64,000 nt of DNA from Chiloscyllium plagiosum (GCF_004010195.1 NC_057751.1:10613831-10677830), one strand, 5' to 3'; shown: positions 25,866-39,350, numbered from the stretch's first letter. Notes: generated from the sequence alone by a model not told the origin. A program made the numbers and translations.

Positions 25866-26559
25866 TCCAAAGTAGAAAAGGAAAAGATCTGTTAAAAAAA
25901 GTTATCCCAGCTCTTCGTCTTGCATTTGGATTGGGCTGCATCTTGCAGTTTTCCCAGGTGAGCAACAGTATTCCCCACTGAGGCCTCCACCAAGATTTCT
26001 TCTGCTGACCTCTTGGAAAATTCTTCAAATTTCTGTTTGGCAAGCACTTATTTTAAACTGGTTTGATGGCAGTGTCAAAATAGCACAAGCAGAGATGCAC
26101 TAAAAATAGAAGAGAAATTAAGCTTGCTAGTCTGCAGTTCATGTCTCACTGACAGGAGCGCTCTAATTGCCAATGAAGCATGTTAGGCCTCTCCTCTGCA
26201 GACCTATGCAGCTTATCATCTGACCCTACTTAGCTGCATGACAGCAACTTGGGAGAACAGAGTTCATGTTTTGGAAATAAGTTGAACCCATCTTTTTTGA
26301 TTAAAATTATAATTTGAGTTTTGAACAGACTTTATTCTAAGTTAAGGAAGCACTCAAGAAATGTCCTGCAGTGGTTCAAAAAGACAGCCTAGCAACACCT
26401 TGGCAACACCTATTAGGGACAGGTATGAAATCCTGACCAAGCGAGCAGCACCAGTCCCGTGAAGGAGCCAATCAGGAAGGCTGTATAAGCACAGTCTGCA
26501 AGTTGGTTGGTTGCTTAATATTTGGGCCCTTTGGATTGGGGAATAACTCACCCAGGAGA

Positions 26560-26762
26560 TGACAAGGACGACAGATGCTGGAAAGTCAGAGTTGATCAAA
26601 TGTGGTGCTGGAAAAAAACACAGCAGGTCCGGCAGCAAACAAAGGAGCAAGAGACTCAACATTTTGGGCATGATCCTTCATTAGTCCTGATGAAGGGTCA
26701 TGCCCGAAACATTGAATGTCTTGAGCCCAGATGCTGCCTGATCTGCTGTGCTTTTTCCAGCG
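26560..26762. mobile_element. Older fold-back PLE mini-element with head-to-head hammerhead remnants
   Basis: Arms of about 26607-26684 and 26687-26761. Centre ccttcattag-tc-CTGATGAAGGGTCATGCCCGAAAC. Confidence 0.8.
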
Positions 26763-27664
26763 TGCAAGTCATCGAATCACTCCCTGTTGGTTCAGATCTG
26801 GAGTTTTGTCACCCTGATGTACAGATATGTTCATTTTACCTTGGTGATATTGGGTGTCCCTTTTCTGTTCACCTCATCACTCTATGTTCATTGTATCATG
26901 CAGGCCTGAGCAAATTCGAACCACATCCAGTCCATGAGATCTCTTCTGCAGCCCACACTTGCATATATTTCTGATTGTTTAAATGACTGTCTGTCTGATG
27001 CAGACATACGCAAGTGTATATCTCTGCGAGCTGAGTACGCTTGCACAGCCTCTCTTGGTGTCTGGCAACTTGAGGTCAGGAGTTCTGAAAATACAATTCT
27101 GAGACTATGACTGGAGAATGTACTCCCAGGGAAAATAGAGGTAAAATCCACCCCTGCACTGTGAATTCTAGAAATACCTGTTAGGTCTCGCTGTATCTGT
27201 AAAGAAAGAAACAGAAATAATTTTGACTTGACGATCAGTCTTTGCAGGAGTAAACTGCCAGACTAGCTAAGTATTTCCATCGCTGGAAGTTTTTATTTAC
27301 TTTTAGCTAAGTTGGATGTTGGTAATCAAGAGTCTGGAAGCAGGTCTTTGTTGAGTATGCATTACTGTCATGTTCGACTGGACATAGTGAAGCAGTAAGG
27401 GCAACAAGTTACGTTGTAGATTATTGCAGTTTTTTTGTTAGATTTTGGTTTTGCAAATATATGCAGTTGTTATTCCAAATCATCACTTCATTTTTCACTT
27501 TAGTCTCTTTCTGATATTTTACTCAGCTGTTTAAAAAAAACCAAGAAGCACATTTAGGTTTTCAGTCTTGCACTCATCAGGACAGAATCACCAAAAGTAA
27601 CAAATCTGAGGGAACAACAGTTTATAGTGCATGAGAAGAAGGTGCCGATTATTAGACAAGTAAA

Positions 27665-27945
27665 GGGTTCGATTCCAGCCTCGGATGGAGTTTGCACATT
27701 GTTCCCCTGTCTGCGTGGGTTTCCTCTGAGTGCTCCGGTTTCCTCCCACAGTCTGAAGATGTGCAGGTTAGCTGTATTAGCCATGCAAAATTACCTAGAG
27801 TGTTCAGGGATGTGTAGATTAGGTGCATCAGTGAAGGGTAATGTCGAGTAATAGGGTAGGGGAATGGATCTAGTGGGTGACTGTTCGGGGGGTTGGTGTG
27901 GATGTATTGGGCTGAAGGGTGTGTTTCCACACTGTAGGGATACTG
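27665..27945 (+). mobile_element. HE1-type SINE, 5'-truncated, long subfamily
   Basis: Begins at the B-box GGTTCGATTCC and ends gtttccacactgtaggga. Confidence 0.85.
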
Positions 27946-29248
27946 TGAATAAACTCTGGTAGACATGTTGCAACAGAGAATACACCAGGCAACTTGAAGG
28001 TACTTGAAACTTCAGTTTAACTTCAAGAGAGGGAAGATGACGGTGATCAAGGCATTGTTCTGTTTAATTGAGACAAATGGACTCTTTGTGGCCCTTTTGT
28101 AAATAGATGTCGCTTCAAGAATGTCTAAGTGAGCCATACTCTGATCCTGTTTGGTCTTAAATTGGTTGTTAGTGTAATTATAGTTTTGTTACCCAGTTTG
28201 CTTATTTCCTCACCAAAGACCACAATTCTTGGGGAGTAAAGCTGGTGTTTCTGACATTAGTCCAGGATTTTAACCTGGGACATTGAAGTCTGCATTAGTA
28301 TCGCAATGCCAATTAATTTATTGCTTTTAGACAATAGAATCAAACATATTTATAGTTCCAAAATAAGTTGTGTCTGTCTTCATACTTTGTATGCTTACAT
28401 TGTAACCTCCTGGAGCCACAATTATAACTGAGAAAATTTTGTGAAGTGACGTGGTGAGAAAAGATATTCTCCAAGAGTAGAGAATGCTTGTTTGAGATGC
28501 AACGGACTTGCTCAAATTCATACGGGTGGAGATAAGCAAAACAAGCAGCAACTGTTCCTCTATGGCAGATGACCGTTAAAAGTACTGGATTTAGCAGAAC
28601 CTGACCAAACCTTGCTTCAAAATGATGATGCTGGCCAAGGGATTGAAATAGCAAACTGAAGCACCAGCACCTGCAGTGAAAGTGCATGACTGAAAATATC
28701 TGCAAGCAATCTTGTTTTAACATTTTGTGGTAGCCATTTCAGTGTTTCTGTGCTTAAGTTTGTATTGAAGAGCATCTTCTCTTTCTGCTGGAGGTACAGC
28801 TCAGCTTTACATCTTCAGATGAACCATTTTGGCCATGATGACAAGTGAGCAGTGTATAATTTCAAGCTATGGTCTTGTGATTTGAGAAAATTAAAAAAAT
28901 AACAGCATGTTCCCAAGTATGGGATAGATTCCACATGTACTCGATAGGGTCTCTTTGGAAATATGCTGTGAGGTTATTAAATCCTGAAATGAGGTAGAGA
29001 GGCGATGTACTGTCCATAAGGTAGAGTGGCTAAAATATCTTTTAGTCACTACAGATTTGCTTTCTTGTGGTCATTGCTGCACCAACATTTGTAAATTGCA
29101 GTGCAGTATTTATTTTGGCAAGGTGAAATGAAAATACTCTAATGGAAATCTGAAACACAAGAAAATGCACTGAACAGATCAGTCAACATCTGTGGAGAGA
29201 GAAATAAAATCCTATCAGGGTTTAATCGCAGTATGAAAGAGGAGATAT

Positions 29249-29845
29249 TCAAAGTTTGTGAGAAGATTTGTAGCTCAGGCGCTCGTTGTTGTGGTTCTGT
29301 TCGCCGAGCTGGGAATTTGTGTTGCAGGAGTTTCATCCCCTGTCTATGTGACATCCTCAGTGCTTGGGAGCCTCCTGTGAAGCGCTTCTGTGATCTTTCC
29401 TCCGGCATTTGTAGTGGTTTGTCTCTGCCGCTTCCGGTTGTCAGTTCCAGCTGTCCGTTGAACACCAACCAGCCACGAAACGACACGACCAGCTATCCTT
29501 AGTAGCCACACACGCAGATGACAAGCAACATGAGTTTGACTGGGTCAACACTACTATTAGAGGACAAGCCAAACAGAGAACAGCCAGGGAATTCCTAGAG
29601 GCATGGCACTCATCCACAGATTCAATCAATAAGCACATCGACCTGGACCCAATATACCGGCCACTGCAACGGACAGCTGGAACTGACAACTGGAAGCGGC
29701 AGAGACAAACCACTACAAATGCCGGAGGAAAGATCACAGAAGCGCTTCACAGGAGGCTCCCAAGCACTGAGGATGTCACCTAGACAGGGAACGAAACGTC
29801 TGCAACACAAATTACCAGCTTGGCGAACAGAACCACAACAACGAG
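29249..29845 (+). mobile_element. Penelope-like element 3' end (GIY-YIG C-terminus) with an inverted pseudo-LTR
   Basis: Inverted arms of 179 nt at 29282-29460 and 29667-29845. Stop-free frame 29460-29783 (EHQPATKRHDQLSLVATH...REFLEAWHSSTDSINKHIDLDPIYRPL...EDVT*). Flanks gaggagatat (29239) and gaggaaatat (29843). Hammerhead-like motif at 29764-29803. Confidence 0.9.
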
Positions 29846-31339
29846 GAAATATAATTTTGTTGGTGTATGGAATGAAGTATGATAGAATTATCATAATTCT
29901 ATCTTTGTTTCAATTGGTTTTCTTTTCCACTTGGCTCTCTAAACAAGTTTGATTGCTCAGAGCTGGCCCAGTTTGTCCACTTCTGGGCTGAAATCAGCCT
30001 TGATAGTTTTCTTTCATACTGACCAGTAATATTTTTACAGAAAGGTGACATTTCCATTCTGCTTTGTGCCTGGTAATTAGTGGATGTTTGAGGGTTTCTG
30101 TCAGGCACTATTATTGCATAAAGCTGTCTGTTGTACAAGCCATCTGCAAGGAAATAAATATTGTTTTACGAAAGCCACAAAAACCCCTAAAACAGTCAGT
30201 TTCTCTGTGAGTGGTGCTTTATAAGGTGTTTATGGCTCCTGCAACCATTGTTTGTCTGAGGCAACTTCAGTTTCAGTTCTTGGAGATCTATTAACTTGAG
30301 TTGTAATTTTCTTCTCTTTCCTTGTCTTAATTTTTCTTCATTTTGAAACCTTGAATTCTCATCACATCCTCATTGAATGATGGTGTCCAATGGTGATGAA
30401 TGGCTTAACTGTGCACACAGCTGAAATTGTATTGTCCAACTTTAATGATATCTGCACTCATGTTAATTTCAATCACTCCTACGCAGTGATGACTAAATGT
30501 GCAACAGCAAAATTATTGAGCAATAAAATTATTTTAGATCTTTAACAGATTTGTTTGTTATCATAACCCAGAGATTTACAAAATGAGCATGAAGTTTCCA
30601 CATTAGCCATCGTGTGAGTATTTTTCTGCAGTGCGGATGTTACCATGGTGGGAGGGAGTGCACAGGAGATGCTTTTAGATCACTAACCACAATGTGTACA
30701 AGGGAGACTTTGGGTGTCTATTATGGATGTATGCTATGTAGAAAGATTTGCATTTGGAGGATTTTTTTCCAACTATATTTTTTTCTAGATCTTTTCTAAT
30801 GAACTCATTCACCAACATTGTAACGCATCCCAGGAGCAGGTAGCACTTGAATCCAGGTCTCTTGGCTCAGAGGTCAGGACACTGCCAGTGTGCCTTAAGA
30901 GCCCTCATTGTTGTTTAATTATAGTCTAGTACAGAGGCAAGCATTTCCAACCCACCTCGCTAACTTGTCGGCCAACTGCTTGCAATTTCCCATCTGCAGT
31001 TACAGCAGACAACAAAACATCTGGACTGCGCGCAGGTTTATTTCTTAGTAATATGGGATGCAATGCAAAAGTATTATGTCTGCCACAGGCAGTGAAATGC
31101 ACACCAAAAGAAGTGCTGGGATCACAATGTTGTCTCAGCAAATATGAGCAAAACTTCCTCCAAGCAAGTCTTCCCTGTTTAGATCCCTGCATGGCAGAGC
31201 AGGTTCAAGGGGCTGAATGGCCGCCTCCTGTTCCGATTTGTTATGACGTGTAGAGATCTTTGCTGTGCTGATCAGAACGCTTCTTTGTGATCTTCTCCAG
31301 ATACTTTCACCTGTTTGCTGGAGAGATGGGGTTACAGGT

Positions 31340-32140
31340 TCCTGCGAAATTTTCTTTCCACAAGTAGGACACTGGCATTGCTGGCCAGAATGTTTTTGGC
31401 TGACCCTTGTCGAGAAGGTGGTGGTGAGCGGCAGCAATCCCCCTGCTGTTGGTTGAATCACGACGCCATTGTGGAGGATATGCAGGATTTTGACCCAGTG
31501 ACAGTGAAGGAATGCTGATCTGTTTCCACGTCAGGCTGATGAGTGGCTTGGAGGGGAATTACCAGGCGGCAGAGTTCCCACCTATCTGTAGATAGAAGTG
31601 ATTGTGGGTTTGGAGGGTCTTCTGTAAGCATCTTGTAGATAGTTTGTTTCTGAGCATTGGTGGTGGAGGAATTGAATGTTTGTGGAAGTGGTGCAGTCAA
31701 GTGAGCTCCTTTTGTCCTGGATGGTGTCAAGCTTCTTGAATGTTGTTTGAGCTGCTGGCAAATGGGGGATATTCCATCACAGTCCTGACTTGTGTCCTGT
31801 GAATGGAGCGTCAGGAAGTGACGTCTTCCTAGCCTGTGATCTGTTCTTGTCACCACTGTTTTTATGTGACGAGTCCACTTGAGTTTCTGGTTAACAGTAA
31901 CCCCAAGGACCTTGATAATGGGGATTACAGTGACCGTAACGCCATTGAATGTCGAATGGTGTTGGTTACATTGCCTCTTGTTGGAAATGGTCATTGCCTG
32001 GCATATGTGTGGTGTGCATGTTGCTTACTACTTGTCATCCCAAGATGCCATTCTTGCTGTATTTGAACAAGGAGTCCTTCAGTATCTGAGGAGTCACAAA
32101 TGATGCTGATCATTGTGCAGTCATTGGCGAACATATCCGT
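31340..32140 (-). mobile_element. Crack/L2-like (CR1 superfamily) LINE 3' part
   Basis: MTISNKR...FNGVTVTVIPIIKVLGVTVNQKLKWTRHIKTV is the post-RT LGV..D..L.W..HI motif. The 3' end resembles the SINE tails at 18785 and 25525. Confidence 0.75.
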
Positions 32141-33064
32141 TCCTTCAACAATCCTTGTTGTTTTAAAGTGCTGTTTTCCTGTTTTTAGTCTATAATCAAA
32201 AGTATAGAACAGTAAAAAGATGCCCTCCTTTACAATGACTTGTATTCAGTTCTGTGGTTGAATTTTATTTTTCCATTCATTGGTGACTTATTTAGCAGAT
32301 TGCTCGTCAAGTTGTTCATTTTATTATTTTGAGTTTTTTTTAAAAACTGGCTTCATTGTCTCAATTTTTCAAGATAATTGCTTCAATTCCATATTCAAAT
32401 CTAAAACAGACAACTCAATTCCACGTTTATTCACATAAGTGCACAGACTTTAAGCAAAACAAACCCACAATTTGTGCGTAAGCCTTGAATAGATAGCACA
32501 TATCCTCAGAAGGCCTGGGCAGAAATGCTGTAAACAAAGTATTATTTGTGCAATTATTTGAGGCTCAGTCAACTGAATGGCCATTTGTTTTTGTCTTGTG
32601 TGGGAGGTAACTGCATAAGAATACATTTTAGGCACAGTTCAAAAAGAACAGGAGGTGGAATCATATGCCTGTAATGTTGATCCCTGTTGAATTACTTATC
32701 TCTGAAATGTTGGGTTTTCTGTATGATGAGACATTAGGTTTTTTTTGTTTTACCTGTATACCACTTACAATCTTCCTATGGGGGATGTTAAGTTGGGTGT
32801 AGCTATACAGCTAAAATAATACCAGGATAAGTTATTTTGTAACTTTAAAGTCAAATGGGATTGTGCTTTCTACAGTTCAGCTACATGGGATTGTTATTTT
32901 GGAAGCAGTGAGGTGAATAATTTACAAGAGGCAAGTACCAGGAATCTTTGAGTTCAGGGAAAAGTAACAACCTTCTGAATTTGCTGTTTAAGTTTCAGTT
33001 TCACAAACTTGTAAGACAGTGTACCAGAGACTACTACAAGCCTACAAAAAAGAAACCTCTCTGA

Positions 33065-33416
33065 CATAGAATCCCTACAGTGTGGAAACTGGCCCTTTGG
33101 CCCAACAAGTCCATACTGACACTTGGAAGAGTAACCCACCCAGACCCATTCCCTTACCCTGCTTCCCTACATTTCCCCTAACTAATGCACCTAACTTACA
33201 CATCCCTGACCACTGTGGACAATTTAGCATGGCCAACTCACCTAACCTGCACATCTTTGGACTGTGGGAGGAAACTGGAGCACCCAGAGGAAACCCACGC
33301 AGACTCGGGGAGAATGTGCAAACTCCACACAGACAGTCGCCTGAGGCTGGAATCGAACCCGGGTCCCTGGTGCTGTGAGGCAGCAGTGCTAACCACTGAG
33401 CCACCGTGCCGCCCCC
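33065..33416 (-). mobile_element. Full-length HE1-type SINE, long subfamily
   Basis: Intact A-box (TGGCTCAGTGG) and B-box (GGTTCGATTCC); tail gtttccacactgtagggattctatg. Confidence 0.92.
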
Positions 33417-34506
33417 AATTTGTCTTTTAGTGCGAAAAAAGGCAAAATACCTGGGAGACTTCAGACAAAAAATTCTACAATAAGAAAAGACCCAGCTCCA
33501 CTGAATGTTGAATCGAAGATTGACTATCATTCTGTGGGAAACATTGTCTCATTATTATGAAAATACCAGAAGACTGCGAGAAATAACTTAACCCACTCGT
33601 GTGCCCTGGACTTGGACATATAGAATTTATTTTTCAACCCATCATATTTGTGTCAAACCATGTGGTTTTGGTCTGTCTTACTTGTGAATGATGGATATAT
33701 ATTTGGGGTCTCAAAGATGTATAGCTTTCATCCCATGATAGGAAATCAATAATCTGTTTTCAGCCGATTTTTATCGCATTAGTTGCTGAGAACAAATATG
33801 TGTTTCTATTTATCACAAAACATGGTGTGGATTAGTTTTAGCCTGAATAATAGGGTGTGGTAAAACATTGTGGTTCATTTTGATAGTTATACGTTTGTAA
33901 CAGCTTGTGGCATATTAAGATTCAATTATCAATACACTTTTTCCAGTTGACTCGTAAAATTGTTATGTTTGGAACAGGAATTTTCCCTACCTTGTTTAAA
34001 CATACATGAAAGAAAATATTCTATGTTAAGCTTGAGGTTAGCTTATGACGAACTTCGGTTTACCAATCCTTTCATGGCTGCAATATGAGGTGTTAGGAAC
34101 GGATGACCTGCAAGTCAAGAGTGCTTGTATTTCAGATTTCTCAACCATTCAAGTATTGAAATCTGTGCATTCTTGTTACTTCTCTCAAACCTGCAACATA
34201 CTTAGTGGTTTAAAATTAATAATGTTGTTTTGATTTGTGGAGGACCTTTCCTTTTGTTTTAATATCGCTTGCTCTTTGATTCAGATATTGCATTACCAAG
34301 AGATTGTATTTATGAAGAATAAATACATTGCAAATAGGCAAAGTTAAATATATCTCACTGCTGTTTTCTTGCCTGCCTCTGACTGGGCAGATGTATTACT
34401 CCATCAGACATATGTTAGACATGTCCACCTTTTACCTCCAGGTATTTTTGCCATTAAATTTTAAATAGGAAATAATATGGTTTGAAATCTTTTGTTTTAT
34501 TAACAG

Positions 34507-34695
34507 ATTAACCTGAATAAAAATGGTGAATATTGGTGGAATGCAATTCTCGAAGGTGAAGAGACAATTGACATAGAGAAGATAAACAAAGAACGGTCAA
34601 TGGCAACAGTGGATGAGGAGGAACATGCAGTGCTGGACAGACTAACATTTGATTATCATCAGAAAATGCAGGGCAAACCACAGAGCCATGAAATG
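34507..34695 (+). CDS. nudcd3: NUDCD3 coding exon 5 (INLNKNGEYWWNAILEGEETIDIEKINKERSMATVDEEEHAVLDRLTFDYHQKMQGKPQSHEM)
   Basis: Acceptor ttaacAG ends at 34506, donor GTaagc at 34696. Length 189 nt, phase 0. Very similar to vertebrate NUDCD3. Not in the ORF track. Confidence 0.96.
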
Positions 34696-35499
34696 GTAAG
34701 CAAGTTATCAGTAATGGGGAGCTGGCTGCTGATCCCTGAACACTTGGCTGAAAAGGTATCAATGTTGAAATAGGTAATGCTCCCTGTCCATATCCTTTTT
34801 ATTTTGGTCACACTTGGATTATCAAAATCTATCATGGGAGAAGTTGTAGGACTGTGGCACCATGTGAAGCTAGTGGATTCGCTGCACATTTGGCTGGAAA
34901 ATGTCTTTGTCTCCTTTTTTTTCCCCCTCCCTTGACAACTGCAAGTTTTAATGCCCAAAATAAGTTTTGAAAATACTCAGTTATGAATTTATTGAGTCTT
35001 TTAAAACTTCCACCAGAGTTTTCCTTTTGAAGGTGTCATTTGGGTTTTTAATTTTTTGCTTTGAATTGTCACTTCTACGTGAGAATGTCGGCAGTGTTTG
35101 TGTCACCAACATGTAATTGTGTGAAATAATAACTTCTTTTCACTTTAGTCTCTGTCGTAATTTGTTTCTTTATTTCCAAGTTATCTGAGGCCAAGTTAGG
35201 TGACAAATGTAATCCAGGTCAAATGCATTTTCACTCAGTGACCGTTCATGTGAAGTCCACACATTTTCTAACATTGCAGGTTGCAAAACTTCATGTTTTC
35301 TGAGTTAATCAATCTTTTTGTTGATCCCACTTGGTGTGGTTTCCCAGCCAATAGCAAATGGGTTTTTATTTTCTGAATTATCTTTCTAAGCCTTCTTGCC
35401 ATTGGGCTGAGTAAAGCATTCAAGACAACAACTTCAATCCAGATTTCTACTGATTCCCACTGCAAGGACCTTTGTGCATCTATCAGCTGTGCACAGATT

Positions 35500-36060
35500 C
35501 CTGATTATGGATGCAAACAGAACTTGATGGAAAAACTCAGGCAGCATCTGTGGAGAGAAAGCAGAGTTTTCAGCTCCAGTGATTCTTCTTCAGAATTGAT
35601 TGAAACGAGGAAAGGATGGGTAAATATGCTGAAGAGTGGCAAAAGCGGGCGGAGTAAATGATAGTTGGGGATTGATCCCAGAGAGAGAACAATTTTGGGT
35701 GGACCAAGGAAGGGGTAAAAGTCAGCCTGGGTGAATCAGTAACTACAAATGAGGACCATTAATAGCTGACAATGGGTTGGTTGTGAGAGCAGCCTATATG
35801 ATGACAAGGCTGGGCGTGTGGGGTTAGGGGTGAGGACATGGGCAAGGGTGCTCAGGCCTCAAATTATTGAACTGGATATTGAGGCCTGAAGGTTACAGGG
35901 GGCCCAAGCGACAAATGAGATGCTGTTCTTTTAGTTTATGCTGAACTTCACTGAGCATTGCAGCAAGCCTGAGATGTTGGTGAGGGAACACTGTGGTGTG
36001 TTGAAATGACAGGCAACCTGGAGCTCAGTCATACTTGCAAACATGTGAACAGAACGTCGG
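35500..36060 (-). mobile_element. Decayed Neptune-type PLE endonuclease and terminal region
   Basis: Minus strand LQVACHFNTPQCSLTNISGLLQCS...EQHLICRLGPL.PSGLNIQF, then a terminal sequence ctctccacagatgctgcc. Confidence 0.75.
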
Positions 36061-37471
36061 GTGTTTGGGGGTTGGGGTGTGTGTTGCAGGGCCACCCATG
36101 GAGGTGGCCAAGGCTCCCAGTGACTCCGTATGACAGGGCACAGCCCCGTAAACTGGCTGTGTGACTGGGAGCGCCAGTGCCTGGCGGAGGATGAGAGGCG
36201 TGACCCTGGGCCTGAGACCGGCTTCAGAGGAAGCGAGGCCGAGGCCCAGAGACAACGGCTTTGGCCGTGCTTGGCTACTGCCATCACGCAGCTTTGCAAA
36301 AGTACCGAGGATGGGGTAGAGACAGAGATCTGGGGGGAATGGGGGTGTGAGGTTGGGGTCTGGGGGCAGCAGGAGGCGAGATGGGGAGGGGTCAGTTTGG
36401 CAGAAAGAGGAACTGGGTCTGAGGTAGAGAGACATGGGCAGCAGGGGGAAGAGACAGTGGAGGGAGGAGAGAGGTGAGATTGGTGGGGAGAGACCTGGGG
36501 AGAGGCTCAGGATGATGTAAGTTATGTGGGAGAGTGGATAAGGACGGGAGGTGGGGATATAAAAGACAGAAAAGTTGAGTTAGGCAAGAGAGAGGTGAGT
36601 GGAGGAGGTAGGCAGAGGGTGGGTGAGGAGAACTATCGATAAGGAGGTTAGGACAAGACACACAACTGGTTTGAGGCTAAGGCAACTGAGATGAACCCTG
36701 TTGTTGAAGCCAAGCGTGTCCCCTAGCGGAGTATAAGCGGTCAGCGAGCTCAGGGTTGCCAGGAACAAGGTTCAGCAGAATGCCAGGCTTTGCACCAACG
36801 AGTACTGGACACAGCTAAGTGAGGACATTCAGACGGCCATGTAACAGGGAACATTAGGGGAATCAAGGCATCAAGAGGCACTAGGACCAGCTCAGAGCAA
36901 GACAGCCCTCCCTCAAATCTTCTACTGGGGAAGAAATCACAAAGGCCAGCAGATGGAGAGGTGGTTGAACAATACTCTGATCTTTACTCCAGACAGCACA
37001 CCGTGTCCGCTTAAGCGCTTGATGCCATCACGTGCTGGCCGACCATGGACGAGCTAGATGCAGAGCCATCAGTCGAAGAGCTCAGCAAGGCCATTGACAG
37101 CCTGGCCTCAGGTAAGCCCTGGGTAGTAACAGGATTCCTCCTGATCTGATCAAGTGCTGCAAGACTAGCTTGCTGCTCCCATTTCATGAAGTCCCCTGCC
37201 AGTGCTGGCAAGAAGGAGCTGTACCCACGGGCCATGAGGAATGCCAAGAGCATTACCCTCTACAAGAACAAGGGTGAGAGAAGCGACTGCAGCATCTACA
37301 GAGGCACCTCTCCCTCAACATTTGGCAAAGCCTTTGCTCGAGTCATTTTGACTCGCCTGCACAAACTGGCGGAACACGTATACCCAGAGTCACAGTGTGG
37401 CTTCTGAGCTAAAAGGTCAACAGTAGACATGCAGTTTTCCCTTCGTCAACTGCAGGAGAAGTGCAGAGAAC

Positions 37472-38190
37472 AAATGCGAGGTGCTGCATTTTGGGAAAGC
37501 AAATCTGAGCAGGACTTACACACTTAATGGTAAGGTCCTTGGGAGTGTTGCTGAACAAAGAACTTGGAGTGCAGGTTCATAGCTCCTTGAAAGTGGAGTC
37601 GCAGGTAGATAGGATAGTGAAGAAGGTGTTTTGGTTAGGCCACTTTTGGAATATTGCATGCGATTCTGGTCTCCTTCCTATCGGACAGATGTTGTGAAAC
37701 TTGAAAGGGTTCAGAAAAGATTCACAAGGATGATGCCAGGGTTGGAGGATTTGAACTACAGGGAGAGGCTGAACAGGCTGAAGGTGTTTTCCCTGGAGCA
37801 TCAGAGCCTGAGAGGTGACCTTATAGAAGTTTACAAAATTGAGGGGCATGGACAGGGTAAATAGATAAAGTCTTTTCCCTGGGGTGGGGAGCCCAGAACT
37901 AGAGGGCATAGGTTTAGGGTGAGAGGGGAAAGATATAAGAGAGACCTAAGGGGCAACCTTTTCACGCAGAGGGTGGTACATGTAAGGAATGAGCTGCCAG
38001 AGGAAGTGGTGGAAGCTGGTACAATTGCAACATTTAAAAGGCATCTGGATGGGTATATGAATAGGAAGGGTTTGGAGGGAAATGGGCCGGGTGCTGGCAG
38101 GTGGGACTAGATTAGGTTGGGATATCTGGTCTGCGTGGATGGGTTGGACTGAGGGGTCTGTTTCCATGCTGTACATCTCTATGACTCCAT
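37472..38190 (+). mobile_element. Young 5'-truncated CR1 inserted in the RTE RT domain
   Basis: Starts at KCEVLHF and ends ctctatgactccat. The RTE frame LQEKCREQ resumes as ...LYVAFI after it, with a short aaca duplication. Confidence 0.9.
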
Positions 38191-38300
38191 AACAGAAAAT
38201 GCTCTGTATGTCGCTTTCATCCACCTCGCAAGACATTCGACCTGGTCAGCAGGAACGATCTTTTCATGGTTCTCCTGAAGATCGGCTCCCCACCAAAACT

Positions 38301-38498
38301 ACACAAAAGTGAGGACTGCAGATGCTGGAAACCAGAGTTCAGATCAGAGTGGTGCAGGAAAAGCACAGCTGGTCAGGCAGCATCCGAGTAGCAGGAAAAT
38401 CGATGTTTCGGGCAAAAGCTGCGCAAAATGTCAGTATTTTTTTCCTGCTCCTCGGAGGCTGCCTGACCTGCGCTTTTCCAGCACCATTCTGATCTGAA
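38301..38498 (-). mobile_element. Fold-back PLE mini-element with a perfect 15-bp TSD, nested in the RTE
   Basis: TSD ctccccaccaaaact at 38286-38300 and 38499-38513. Inverted arms are present but the hammerhead core is deleted. Removing it restores RTE LLKIGSPPKLLSMIESFH. Confidence 0.9.
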
Positions 38499-39350
38499 CT
38501 CCCCACCAAAACTGCTGAGCATGATAGAATCCTTCCACAGTAACACAAAGGGGACAGTGCAGTTCAACAGCAACTCTTCTGAACCCTTCAACATCCACAG
38601 TGGCGTCAAACAAGGCTGCATCCTTGCTCCCACACTCTTGGGGATTTTGTTTTCTTGCTGTGCTCCTGAAACATGCCTTTGGCACTGCAGTGGAGGCAAT
38701 TTACCTACGCACAAGATCAGAGGGCAGGCTCTTCAACCTGGCCCACCTCAGAGCCAAGACAAATGTATGTGTGGCACTCATCAAGGACATGTTGTTTGCT
38801 GATGATGCTGAAGTTGCAACACACACCCAGCAGGAACTCCAGTCACCGATAGACCACCTCTCCGAAGCTTGCAAGGTTTTCAGGTGACTATCAGTCTGAA
38901 GATGATGTGCATCCTGGGACAGGACACAGAGTAACTGCCGGTCATCACCTTTGACGACGACAAACTCAATGTGGTCCATCAGTTTACGTCCCTGGGTCTA
39001 CCATCACTGATAATCTCTCCTTGGACACAGATTGATAAGAGGATCGGGAAAGCAGCCTCAACTCTTGCTCACGTCACGACTCGAGTATGGACAAATCCCA
39101 AGCTGAGAGTGAAGACAGAAGTGTCAGTCTACAACGCCTGTGTCATTAGCACACTGCTGTACAGCAGTGAAATGTGGACTACATATGCCAGACAAGAGAG
39201 AGGACCGAACACCTTCCACTTGAGTATCCGCTGTATCCTGGTACATCAGCGTGTCCAACGCAGCGGTCCTATCTCATGCTGGCCTTCCCAAAATGTACAC
39301 TCTGCTCAGGCAGCAGAGACTGTGTGCTGGCTGGGCCATGTTAATCATCC

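Noticed and set aside
33340..33416. tRNA genes (also at 9470-9546, 10830-10900, 21070-21133, 56865-56930)
   Set aside because: The A/B boxes are SINE heads continuing into a shared SINE body and tail; no complete cloverleaf.
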